The position numbers and the translations under genes were made by a program. Below, piece after piece: positions 1-11,916 of a DNA stretch of 64,000 bases; positions within the stretch are counted from its first letter, which is position 1; the number at the start of each line of letters is the position of its first letter. Location of the stretch: the NCBI RefSeq assembly GCF_006345805.1, contig NC_043015.1, forward strand, positions 38,006,001-38,070,000, read 5' to 3'. The notes under the pieces are model-generated. The model was given only the letters and a program-made list of their open reading frames with translations. It was not told the origin of the DNA and did no database searches. Origin of the DNA: Octopus sinensis (Eukaryota).

Positions 1-657
1 ATCTGTGGTTCTGTGCTCTCTTGTCAATGATAACCACTTGGAACTAGTTTCAGTTACTATGGCTATCTCCCTTGTAGCTTTTTTCACTTGTTTGGTTTCT
101 GCAGAAAATAGCACACAGATCTTGCTGGAAAGTAAGGGTATGTGATTTCACTAGGGAATAAGGTTGTATGCCATCTTTTGACAAGATGCTCATCAACCAA
201 ATTATCTTGATATTTAGCTTTCTACAATTGATGGGAAATGTCAAGCCTGACCTCCATTGCCCCCAGGGCTCTGAGTTCAAATGTGATGATTGTTTTTCCA
301 TTCCAAGAAGACAGGAACATGTCTTACAGCAGCATTGTTACTGCCTCCTTTTCTATAAAGATGTGTTTACCTTTAGATATATTAAGGGACATTTTAATGT
401 TTAAATATAGTACATACAATACCATGGGAGATTTTTCTCTGCTAATATTATGCATGGAAACTGATTCATGTAGGAAAACCAAAAGTTAAAAATTTCTATT
501 TATTTTGATTTTTTCCCCCTTTACATCGTTTTCATTTTTAATATTAAAAGTTAAAAACAACATTTAATGTTTTATAAAATTAAAAAAAATAAAATAACCC
601 ATCATGCTTTAGGTCTGGGTTTTGAGTCCTGTCACTTCTGTTTTGCAGTGAACCAAA

Positions 658-1068
658 ATGGGAATCGCTAATTCTTCCCTGTTAAACTTTGCCTCAGTTC
701 CAATCATTCACAGTGCAACCAAACAGAATTCGGCTAGTCCAACAGACAGTGAATGCACAAAGTCAGTTCCAGCAGAATGCCCAATGCATCAAGAAATAAA
801 CAAACCGCCGCCTCCTCCTGAATGTCCTATGCACAAAGAACAATCCAAATCATGTCCTCAGCAAAGCCAAAACAATGCAGCATCAGCTTCACCTGATGGC
901 AACAAATCTTCAATACCAACATCAGCAGTAACAACAGCAAAAGCAGAGGCGTATCCCTCAGAATGTCCCATGCATAACAGTGGTGCTGGAATGCCAAATG
1001 TGCCAACAGCCTCGTCAGAATGTCCGATGACTGAAGCCACAAATGAAAATGTTGATCCTGCAAATATG
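658..1068 (+). CDS. HCCS: Holocytochrome c synthase coding exon 1 (137 codons; N-terminal CP-motif region)
   Basis: Acceptor ttttgcag at 641-648 precedes the ATG at 658, so an untranslated exon probably lies upstream of the window. Starts MGIANS and contains repeated ECPMH. Ends NVDPANM at donor GT 1069-1070 (phase 0), joining MPPPNQ of exon 2 as in HCCS NLDPSNL-MPPPNQ. Confidence 0.93.
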
Positions 1069-1922
1069 GTTTGTTTGTGTTTTTTTCCTTTTCATCACCA
1101 GTCTAACTTCCACTTTCCCATTCTTGCATAGGTCAGATGGAATTTATTAAGGTATATTTTCTATGTCCATATGCACTTTCTCTTGCCAGCAAAAGCAACA
1201 ATACTTCTCCATAGCCAGACACGTTTTTGCAGGATTTGGGAAATGAATGACTTTCATATGAAACAATTACACACACACACACACATCTTATATATATATG
1301 TGTGTGTACGACAATATCAAACTGTAGGAATGCATACTCAACACTACATTTGTGGAGAAATATTCTTTATTTGTTGAATAACAAGCTTCCCATTGGTTTA
1401 TATGCTTAAAATTCTCAGAAATTATCAAGCTTGCCACATGGGACATTAGTACTCATCTCCATCTCAAATGAGAATACAATGAAGGTACACAAAACTGGGA
1501 TTTCAGAATAAACTAATTAATAAACAGATTAAGGGAAGCAACTCCTAATTGTTATCTTCGTTGCATTAGTTGTGGCCACATTAAAATTTATAAATATAAA
1601 TATGAATACACATGTATATGCATATGCACATTCATGCAGAATAAATGCACATGCATTTATATATGTGTATACAGATGTATTCCTACTCATGCCTTTTATT
1701 TGTTTCGGTCATCAGATAGTTGCCATGCTGGGGCACTGCCTTGAAGAATTATAAGTCAAAGGAATCGATCCCAGTACTTTTTTCTTAAGCCTGGTAAATA
1801 TTCGATCAATTTCTTTTACCAAAATGCTAAGTTTTGGGGATGTAATCACATCAACACCACCTGTTGAGTAGTAATAGGGGACAGACATGGACACACACAC
1901 ATAAATATATATGTATATAGAT

Positions 1923-2800
1923 ATCATCATTGTCATTGTTTAATGTCCATTTTGCATACTGGCATGGGTCAGACGGTTTGGCTGAGGGCTGTCAAGTCAG
2001 AAGGCTGCACCAGGCTCCAATCTCAGCTGGCAAAGTTTCTACAGCTGGATGCCATTCTTAATGCTAACCACTCCAAGACTGTAGTGGTGCTTTTTATGTG
2101 CCACTGGCATGGGAGCTGGTCAAGCGGCACTGGCATGGACCACGACAATGACTTCTGCCAAATGATTGAAGGGGCCAGTTATGCTGCACTGGCATAAGCT
2201 ATGGTTACAGTCTCACTTGGCTTGCTGGGTCTTCTCAAGCACAGCACATCTCCAAAGGTCTCAGTCGCTTGTCATCGCCTCCATTAGGCCCAACTTTCAA
2301 AGGTCATGCTTCACCACTTCATCCCAGATCTTCCTCGGTCTACCTTTTCCACAAATTCCCTCTACTGCTAGGGTATGACACTTTTTCACTCAGCTGTCCT
2401 CATCCATACGCAGCACATGACCATACCAGCACAGTTGGCTTTCTTGCACACCACATCTGATGTTAATATCCAACTTTTCTCTCAGGGCGCTTTCACTTTA
2501 TCATGTATGCACACTGACATTACACATCCAATGGAGCATATTAGCATCATTCCTTGCAAGCTTACGCATGTCATCAGCAGTCTCGGCCCATGATTCTCTG
2601 CCATGTAGCATGGCTGTTCGCACACATGTGTCATACAATCTACCTTTTACTCTAAGCAAGAGGCCCTTTGTCACTAGCAGAGGTAGGAGCTCTTTGAACT
2701 TTTCCCAGGCTATTCTTATTCTATCATCTATGCTCTCAGAGTATCCACCCCTACTGCTGACTTGGTCACCTACTTAATGGAATCTATGAACTACTTCTAG
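1923..2800 (-). mobile_element. RTE-clade LINE, 5'-truncated remnant
   Basis: The reverse strand encodes a decayed RT C-terminus (the region that reads GRPRKTWDEVVKH in intact copies), followed by the shared 3' UTR (ggcatccagctgtagaaac) and a (gat)n tail. Confidence 0.9.
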
Positions 2801-3726
2801 TTTTTATTCCTTTTCTATGGTGTTCTGCTCTTGATTATTTTATTTCATTTTATTTTATAATTATCTTTCATTTATTTATTTATACAATTATTCTAAGTCT
2901 TGTATCTCTATAAATTTCATGCTCAGCTTATATAAAGCTATGCTGATATATTTACTACTTATAAAAAAATCTGCTCACACTAAAATTTTTAAATTTATAA
3001 TTAGCATGTTCTTTTACCTAAATACCCCTTTATTAATACTAGTAAATATCATTTAATCAATATTCACAGATACCATCTGATGAGTTAGTATTTAAGTATA
3101 CAATATGTTGAAATATTAAACTATTTCTATATAATTTCTTTTCCTATCTCTATTGTGGTAAAAGTTTGATATATACTGAAAAGTAATCATAAATTTCTAT
3201 CTTTTTGTTACAATATTATTCTTAATAATCTTTTGAATAACCCTAAACTTTAACTGTATACGATATAGCAACATTGCTTTAAAATATTTAATTAAAGTGC
3301 TACTTGATAAGACTTCCCCTGTTTCATTATCAATAGTCTGTTAGTGGGTACCCCTTAATTATCAGCTAACATTTTGTTTTAAGTTTTCCCTTACTAAACC
3401 TCATGAGATTGCTTCTAATAAAGATGTTTATGATTATACCAAAATATCTGTCTACTCCCTCAACCCTACTCTAAACAAATACTGCCCTCTGTTTCTCTCA
3501 GCCTTACATATACAAGAGATTTGATAAACTAGTCTCTAAATTAAAAATGACCCCATAAAAAAGCAAAAAGTTAGCAACAAGCAGTGTCTTGTTAAAAATT
3601 TTAGTTACAGCTATGCTGTTGTCGGTACAACATGTTCTTTTTCTATCTCCTTAACTTCCTGGAAAATTTAGGTATAATTATACTAATGTGTCCATCTGTT
3701 CTAATTTAATTAAAGTCTACGTCTTT

Positions 3727-3814
3727 GTGCATCTGAAGATGCTCTACATTTTAAATTGATGTAATGATTGCATTGTTCAATTAAATGGAGTTGCATGAAA
3801 TGATTGTACTGCAT
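3727..3814 (+). ncRNA. Degenerate type I hammerhead-like motif in PLE terminal repeat copy 1
   Basis: gtgcat-CTGAAGA-long stem II-GAAAT-GATT-GTA-ctgcat; stem III shows CpG decay relative to ACGATCGT. Confidence 0.55.
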
Positions 3815-4889
3815 TACCTTTGGATATCCTTGTTGCTTATTTTCATTGTATATATAAATTTTTTTTATGGTTATCAAGATTATTGGGAATGAGAATTTTA
3901 GCAAAAACATACCACTTTTTTCAATATTTTGAGTATATACAAAATTTTTTACCACATTAGAGGGAGGAAAAAGAAAATTGCAAAGAAATAGATTAATATT
4001 TATATACTTATTACTTATCTAAAATATTCACTTATTATAAGGTTTCTATGGAGATTGATCAAATGGATTTAACTTGTATTTAATAGGGGGGGGGCACTGA
4101 GTTTAAAGAACATGTCAACTATATACTGATTTAATTAAAGTTGAACTAATTTTAAGTTGTGGAGATATCGTTATTAACTTATATAAGCTGAGTATAAATT
4201 AATTGGGGTACAAGGATTAGATTTATTTAAGGCTGCTATAAAAATAACAACAATAATAAATTGATCAGTTAGGGTAGAGCATTATGGAAAAGGAATAAAA
4301 TAGACTAATCACTAAAAAACCATAATAAAATAAATAAAATATTCATACCTTATTTACTCTAATAGCAAGTTTTTATCGAAAATGTAAAATAATTTATGAG
4401 CTAAAAACTTATTTAGCTTACAATAATCAGGGTTGAAACTCGGTATTAGTTGAAAAGATAATTTTTGTTACAAGGACAAGGTACCCATATACTAATATTA
4501 AATTAAGAGGTATAATATAGATTTAAAACCAAAATAAATACCAAATTTAAGAGGATGGAACTTTTAAAATGAAAGGAATAAAAAACTTAATTACTAAAAC
4601 TATTGAACAATATTTAATTTTAATAAGTTTAAAATATAAGGTTATCATGGAGATATACCATTTAGGTGAGAGAAACATATTACAAATTAGTTAAATTTTA
4701 ATTTAGGCAGTAAAAAAAAAAATAACAGAAAAATCAGTGACAGGCAATGTGTTCTTGAAAAATTTCAGTTACAACAATGATGTTGGTACAACATGCTGTT
4801 TGTCTATCTCCTTAACTTCTTAAAGATTTTAGGTAAAATTATGCTATGTTATTCTGTTCTAATTTAATGAAATTAAATTCTATGTCTTT

Positions 4890-4983
4890 GTGCATCTGAA
4901 GATTGCTCTACATTTTAATTTGATGTTATGAAATTATTACATTGTTCAATTAAATGGAGTCACATGAAACGATCATACTGCAT
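4890..4983 (+). ncRNA. Degenerate type I hammerhead-like motif in PLE terminal repeat copy 2
   Basis: gtgcat-CTGAAGA-long stem II (ctctacattttaatttga / tcaattaaatggag)-GAAAC-GATC-ATA-ctgcat. Confidence 0.55.
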
Positions 4984-5484
4984 TAACTCGGGATATCCTA
5001 GTTGCTTATTTTGATATATATATATATATATATATATATATGACAAGCTTCTTTCAGTTTGTTTCTACTGAATTCACTAACAAGGCTTCGCTTGTTCCAG
5101 AGTTTTAGTAGAAGACACATGTCCAAAGTACAACATAGTAGAACTGAACCAGAAGCCATGTGGTTAGGAAGCAAACTTCTTAACCTCACAGCCATATCTG
5201 TTGTGTGTCTGAATCAGTGGTGTGTCTTGCCGAGTTTGATAAGGCTATGCCATATTCCTGTATGTCTGCATGTCATAAAATTGGCTAAAAACATTGGTAC
5301 CATTCACGGGGATCTTGTCTTACACAACAACCTCAAAAAAAAGTCACCATGGTAACAGTTATGGGTCCCGCAAGACCAAACCCTGCTTTCATAAGAAAAA
5401 AATGGACTTCAAAATGCACCTTGTTTTTAATGTAACTTTGTAATATTGAAGAGGCTGCAAAGGCTGGAATAGTTGTACATGGAT

Positions 5485-5529
<45 letters not shown>

Positions 5530-5904
5530 TGAGTGATTGTATGTGTGTGTGTGGGAGTATGAATAAGTAATGTGTAGAAGTATAGGGCTGCTTTATAAAT
5601 ATATCTGTGTCTATATGTTTATGTGTATGTATAGATATATATATGTGTGTGTGAGTTTGTGTACGTTTTTAGATATGTTTAATTTATATATATTAGTCAT
5701 TTCAAATATCTATATAAGTAGATATAGACTAAATTGGATATTAGAATATGGATTTTCTACCTTATAAATTAAAGTTAATATTTAACATTATAGTCGATTT
5801 CGATATAATCATATTTCATAATAGAGTTTATTATAAGTAAATTTTTATTTAGATTATATAGATTATTTATATCTTAAAAATATTGATTATATTTTAGGTT
5901 TTGA

Positions 5905-5958
5905 AACCACCTGAAGAATGTCTCATAGAAGTGCTGACACGAAACAATCGTAGTGGTT
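5905..5958 (+). ncRNA. Type I hammerhead ribozyme-like motif
   Basis: Perfect 6-bp stem I (aaccac/gtggtt), core CTGAAGA, stem II TGTC/GACA with an A-C closing mismatch, then GAAAC-AATC-GTA. Confidence 0.7.
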
Positions 5959-6402
5959 ATTTTAATTAAATTTAATTATATAAATTATTTTATGTATTGG
6001 CTTAAGTCTTTCTTTGTTTGATTTGCATAATAGTGGTTTTGTCTCTAATTTAATATAATATATATATATAGTAGCAACTTGTGAAAAATATGAGAATCAT
6101 ATAAATCCCTGTGGCTTGTGGATCCCTGTTCAAACCCACTGCACATCTCCTTGATCAGGCAGTATTCAGTTGTGGCCTTGATTGGTCTATATCACGTGAG
6201 GAAAATTTTATAGATGAAAACTATATGGGAACCTGTTGTATGTGTGTGCGCATATGTGTGTTTGTATACATGTTTATATATATGTGTGTGTGTGTGTGTA
6301 GTTCTGTTTGTGTGGCAAGTTTTCTACAGTTAGATGCCCTTCTGTTACCAATCCCCACCCATATCCAAGTGAGGTAGTGTTTACTTTCATATATATATTT
6401 AG

Positions 6403-6822
6403 GCACAGGCATGGCTGTGTGGTAAGACATTGGCTTCCCACCCACATGTTTCCAGGTTCAGTCCATGGGTAAGTAGTTTCTACTATGGCCTCAAGCTAAC
6501 CAAAGCCTTTTGAGTGGATTTGGTTGACAGAAACTGAAACAGGCCCATTCTATACATATATACATACATACACACACACACACACAAAATACATATGTTT
6601 ATGTGTGTGTCTTTGTAACTGTACTCCACTACTGCTTGGCAGCCGATGTTGGTGTGTTTATGTCCCCATAATTAAGCAGTTCGGCAAAAGAGACCATTAG
6701 AATAAGTACCAAGCCTAAAAAATAATAAGTACTGGGGGCAATTCATTTGACTAAAAATTCTTCAAGGTGGTGTTCCAGCATGGGCACAATGTCATGACTG
6801 AAACAAGTCAAAGATAAAAGAT
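6403..6822 (+). mobile_element. tRNA-derived SINE (abundant family; further copies or fragments at ~1690-1900 -, 5040-5190 -, 26995-27235 +, 28050-28200 +, 32110-32480 -, 57000-57110 +, 57580-57800 -)
   Basis: Head gcaggcatggctgtgtggtaag...ggttcagtcc, an internal (ac)n, and a recurring body gtgtttacgtccccgtaacttagcggttcggcaaaagagacc seen in several copies. Confidence 0.8.
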
Positions 6823-7659
6823 GTGTGTGTGTGTGTGTCTGTGCATGTATTGGTGTACATCAGTTTTGTGACCCTTTAAATCAAAATGAAACTTGATTTG
6901 ATAAATAGAAATCAGTAAAACCAGTACAAGGATCAATATAATTAGCTAAAACCATTAAAGGCGGGCTCCAGCATGGACACCGTCCATTACCTACAATCTA
7001 TAAAATAATATGTGTATGTATTGTTATCATGTGTGTAAAATCAATATAAAAATGTGTGTGTGCATATGTGTTTACATTATACGTACATGTACACACATGT
7101 ATTTTTATATCACACACACATACATGCTCGCATATCAACACATGCTGTTTTGTAGAATGAGATAACGAAAATAACCAAATACTTGAAGCAAGGGAAATAA
7201 TCTTTGCTGGTTGTCTTGTTTCTGGTGAAACTGCTTCTCATATCAGTTTCATTTAATCTCAGATTTTAGTGAGGTGGGTATGGCTGGACTTTGTATCACA
7301 GTATTTACTGAGAATTCTCCACTTGGTTGATAGCTGTCAGGACATTGCATCCTTCAAAAATTCCATGCTTCCTGAAATTTACCGACACTACTCCATACAA
7401 GTTTGGCCACCTTTCTCATTTCATTATGTCTAACACTCAAATGCATGCTTATAAGATGGAGAAAAGGAAAGAACCCAGAACAGCACCCATGACTTTTGGA
7501 AACATTTTCACACTCAGAATTGTTAAAGCATGTTGATTGTTTGGACACTGCATATTTTGAAAATTCCATGCTTCCTGAGATTCACTAATACTACTCATGT
7601 GCATTAACATCCTTTCCTTTTTATGGTTCTTTTACTGTTCACTTTTCTGTTTTAGATGT

Positions 7660-9480
7660 GTTACAGTGTATGAGGGTTTGTTGCATTCAAGAAACAAGGT
7701 TAAGAGGAGCTTTTGCCTGGTTCCTCTCAAACAAAGAACATAGATATAGGGCCACTGACCAAGTTTGTGACTGGTGCAAAGTCCCTTCCAAGCCTAAGGT
7801 GACATGGTGGTGGAACAGTGTAGGGTCACTGCGAAGAAGCAGGCCTGGAAGGACTGGGAAAGTGGTGGTAGCAGAAAACTATATCAGGTAGCTAGAAGGG
7901 AGGCTAAGATACATATATATTTAGCTTGGGGAGAAGTAGAAAGGAAGAAGTTTGCCAATGTTCTGTGGTATGAGGACCAGAGACTTGTGGTATTTTAAAT
8001 TGCAAAACATTGTTTAAGAGAATATTATGTTGTAGGAGAGAACTGTGTTTGCATGTATGATAGTTCACTTGTAGTTGGTGATTCTGAAGAGTAAAAGGCT
8101 TGGAAATGCCACTGTGAAAGTCTGCTAAGTGCAGAGAATGCATGGGAGAAGAAAATTCTACTTAATGTGGACCTGACAGAGGAACCAGCTATCTGGATTG
8201 ATTGCAGCTTGTTACAAAGATATCAAATTGTTGGAGCAGGTGATGAAAGTTACAGAAAAGGTCATATCTCAATCAATTAAGAAGAGAGTTAGTGTAGATG
8301 AGATGCAGTTTGGATTTTTGCCAGAAAGAAGCACAACAGATGCTATATTCTTGGTTGAGGCAACTGCAGAAATATTTAGCCAAAAATAAACTTGTACTTG
8401 GCTTTTGTTCACATGGAGAAAACTTTTGACAACATCCTCTGCTCCATCATCCGGTGATCAATGTAGAAGCTAGGGATAGATGGGTGTTTGGTGAGAACAG
8501 TACAAGTCATATACAAGGATGCTGTTGGTAAGGTGAAGGTTGCCCATGAATATAACAGTGTACAGGTAGGAATTCAGCAGAGATCAGTTCTCAGCCCCCT
8601 CTTGGCCATAATTGATGAATTTAAGACTGGCAGTTCTTGAAAGCTCCTCTACTTTGATGACTTTGTTCTTATAGCTGATTCACTACCTGAACTAGAGAAT
8701 AATTTTCAGGTGTGAAAGAGGGGTCTGGAACCAAGGAATCTTAGAGTTAATTTAGCAATAACCAAAGTCCTTGTAAGTAGGGAAACACACAAATCACTAA
8801 TCCCTTGAGGGAGATGACCCTGCTTGATGTGTTGAAAAGGTGTTGGTAGAAACTCCATACAGTGTACCTTGTGCAAGCTATGGACACATAAGTGGTGCAG
8901 TGGTATCCGGGGAAAGTTAACAAAGAAAATAGTCTTTGTGTATGGCTGATATGTGGGTGCAATAAATACTTAGAAGCGGCAGAGAATAGAATCCGTCAGA
9001 TATCTGGGGTGATCCTTAGAATTAGTAAATAGCTTCCATTACCTAGGCAACCAAGTTAGCAGTGGAGGAGAGAACTCTAGGATGGGAAAAGTTCAGAGAA
9101 CTACTACCTTTGTAAGTAACAAGGGGCCTTTCCCTCAGAGTGAAAGACAGATTTTATGATGCCTATGTATGTACAGCTGTGCTATGTGGCAGTGAAACGT
9201 GTGCTTTGACTACAGTGTACATGTGAAGGCTTCAAAGAAATGAAGCTGGAATGCTTCGCTGGATAGATAATGTCAGTGTACCTGTACTACAAAGTGTAAA
9301 TGGTTTAAAGAGAAAAATTAGGTATAAAAGGCTTTAGTTGTAGTGTGCAAGAGAGAGGATTATGATAATATGGTCATGTGGTGCACATCGATGAGGACAG
9401 CTGCATGAGGAAGTGACTATCTGTAATTTTGGTAAGAATATAGGAAGACATGGGGTAATGGTAACAGGAGATATTCAGGT
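7660..9480 (+). mobile_element. RTE LINE reverse transcriptase remnant, fragmented
   Basis: IKLLEQVMKVTEKV...QFGFLPERSTTDAIF, followed by decayed SVLSPLL and downstream RT motifs with many stops. Confidence 0.85.
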
Positions 9481-10402
9481 GTTGAGTCTCAATGAGAAGA
9501 TGACAAGAGAACAACACTTTTGGCAGTTAGGTTTGAGAAGATATCAAACTAAAAACAAAAATGTGGCAATCCATGTCTATAGGCATGTCCTCTATGGCCA
9601 TGCTTTCCCTCTCACACACACATAATTCTGTTCTATATCATATTTCCCCACAATCTATTTTCTCCAACTCCTGCCAACCACTGCAGCAGCCCCAGCTCTC
9701 TTCCTCATATGCTTCACACTCTCCATGCCCTCATATATCTTCCATACACCCACCGCTCCAGCCACTTCCAATTCCTCTCACCATCACTTGCTATCTCTGC
9801 TTTCTATAAATATCTTCCCTCACACTCTTATGCAACATCTCCCTCCTCTAACCCCTCTATACTACTTCTACTGCCCCCACTGTTTCCTATGAGCAGGTCC
9901 TCTCTCACTAACTGTCTCTCTATCACTCCTAACTCTCTCATCTTCCTCTCCTTCCTTGTAAGAGGGCTACCTTTGTCCCTATATCATACTCTAATCTTTC
10001 TGTTCAGCTCCCTCCCTCTGTTGAGATCCTTGTCTTATGAGTTTGTGGGTGCTGGTACTACATAAGAAACACCCATGTTAGTGTCATAAAAACACCCACG
10101 TTCATGCGATGTGAAAATCACCCCTGATGGTGCCACGTAGAAAACATCCAGTACACTCTGTAAAGTGGTTGGCTTTAGGAAGGGCATCCAGTTGTAGAAA
10201 CCATGTAAAAACTGATAATTGGAGCTCTCTGACTTGCTAGCTCCTCTCAAACTTATGCCATCATGGAAAGTGCATGTTAAATATGATGATATGGTGTATG
10301 TACTTTTAGATTTCATTGTTGTCTTTCTTTAATTGACTCATTGTTGCTTTCTGTCTCCTATTTTAACCTTTTTCTAATGACTTGTAGTACAAGTGTGCAC
10401 TG

Positions 10403-10537
10403 TTTGTTGTTGTTGTTGGCGGCGGCAGCAGCAGCTTCTTCTTCTTCTTCTTCTTCTTCTTCTTCTTCTTCTTCTTCTTCTTCTTCTTCTTCTTCTTCTT
10501 CTTTTCTTCTTCTTCTTCTTCTTCTTCTTCTTCTTCT

Positions 10538-10599
<62 letters not shown>

Positions 10600-10619
10600 T
10601 TATTATTATTATTATTATT
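10403..10619. repeat. Compound microsatellite (TTG)(GGC)(GCA)-(TTC)~54-(TTA)n
   Basis: Directly visible; the TTC tract at 10436-10596 has two interruptions. Confidence 0.98.
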
Positions 10620-11090
10620 GAGTGAGAGAGCAGTTCATGCCATCAAAGTGACACTGGGGTAAAATATACGAAGCCCAATATACCCGTCTGATAAGGGTAC
10701 ACCAGGCACATGCATCACAACCATATGTGCGCGACATGGTGATCTCATATCAAGATAAACAGCACATGACCTTGCAGGTGGGGCCCAGTTAGAATTTTCT
10801 TCTGGTCGAATAACCCACCCCGCTCAAAAGGTCCCTGAATAAGGATTGTTTAAGGATGTTGAACGAAACACCCATGTTTCCAGAAGTGAATTATTCAAAC
10901 CCCAAAGAATCCCTCTCAACACACGGCTATGATGCTCCCCCACTACTTCTGCTCGTGATCAGAGATGCACATATCGTCAGCCACTAAGGGACATGCTCAA
11001 CTGGTTAAAGTCAAACAACTGACAAGCAAATCTGTGGTATTGAGCAGAATATTTGCTGTAGCCCATCTTTTATACCAAGACAAAATTATT
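10620..11090 (-). mobile_element. Interspersed SINE-like element (family not identified)
   Basis: Non-coding ~470-bp unit bounded by simple-repeat tails and resembling an abundant octopus repeat as I recall it; not database-verified. Confidence 0.45.
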
Positions 11091-11227
11091 AGTATTATTA
11101 TTATTATTCTCCTCCCCCCTCTCAGAACATTCGGTCTTGTTTGTTCTGGTAGATTCTGTGAGAGTAGACAGCTTTCAGAGCTCCCTCCTCCACTGCCCTT
11201 CCTAGTGCCAGCAATTTTATGGCACAG

Positions 11228-11280
<53 letters not shown>

Positions 11281-11312
11281 CTTTCCTTTTTTTCTCTCCT
11301 TCTTTTCTGTGT

Positions 11313-11350
11313 CCCTTCTGTAGAAGAGCGTAGGCTCGAAACGTAAAAGA
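11313..11350 (+). ncRNA. Minimal hammerhead variant (core CTGTAGA-A) in a solo PLE terminal repeat
   Basis: CTGTAGAA-GAGC-GTAG-GCTC-GAAAC-GTA-AAAGA; stem I partly mismatched; homologous to 53631-53668. Confidence 0.6.
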
Positions 11351-11768
11351 CTTTTTCTATTCCTGAGTGTTATACTAATACATCTGTTTGTTTTGTACAC
11401 CACCTGTCTTTGTCTTTTGTTTTTTTTTCCGTAAACTCTCCCTATATATATATATATATATATATATAAAGTAATCATGGTAATAATAGTAATACTCCTT
11501 TTGCTCTCTTTTCTGTAGTTCAAGTCTCATGAATGGGTCTTCTCATTTCCTTCTCAAATTGCTTCTTATAACATCCAGTATCATTGAAATTCAATAGAAA
11601 GCTGGTAAATGATAGTTATGGGTTTCAAATCCCATTGCTAGCTGTGGATATTTTTATGAAAATGATGCTATTAATGTTGAGTAATTTTGTTCATCTTCTG
11701 AATTTTCCAATTCTTTTTATTTTATTCATTTTCATATTTAAAAAAAATTTCCTCTTTTATTGTTTCAG

Positions 11769-11916
11769 ATGCCACCACCAAACCAAAGGCCCTCTGATGA
11801 CCAACCCTTCCCCCTCCCATTGAATCGAGAAGTATCCTCAATACCAAAAGCTGGTACCAACGAGACTTGGGTTTATCCTTCTCAACAGATGTTCTGGAAT
11901 GCAATGCTTCGGAAAG
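11769..11916 (+). CDS. HCCS: HCCS coding exon 2
   Basis: tttcag acceptor; [50 protein letters not shown]; donor g|gtatgt; 148 nt, phase 0 to 1. Confidence 0.97.

Larger units (their letters stand above)
2800..5012. mobile_element. Old Penelope-like element: inverted coding remnant (2800-3570, -), terminal repeat 3581-3845, coding remnant (+), terminal repeat 4744-5012
   Basis: Two ~265-bp diverged direct repeats, each carrying a hammerhead motif. About 2800-2960 is the reverse complement of about 4180-4300. Faint IIKGYP and KEH motifs in the decayed frames. Confidence 0.55.

Noticed and set aside
168-404. ORF with SFDKM and CPQGS, possibly a very old LINE RT
   Set aside because: Motif spacing is wrong and similarity is too weak to call.
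1699-1720. Minus-strand CTGATGACCGAAAC (stem-II-less hammerhead)
   Set aside because: It falls in a decayed SINE copy; other copies of that segment do not have the motif.
3077-3083. CTGATGA hammerhead core
   Set aside because: No convincing stem II or stem I; it lies on the antisense strand of a decayed coding remnant.
2800-4740. Possible mitochondrial insertion (NUMT) in very AT-rich sequence
   Set aside because: No recognisable mitochondrial rRNA, tRNA or protein motif. Hammerhead-bearing direct repeats and faint PLE motifs explain it better.
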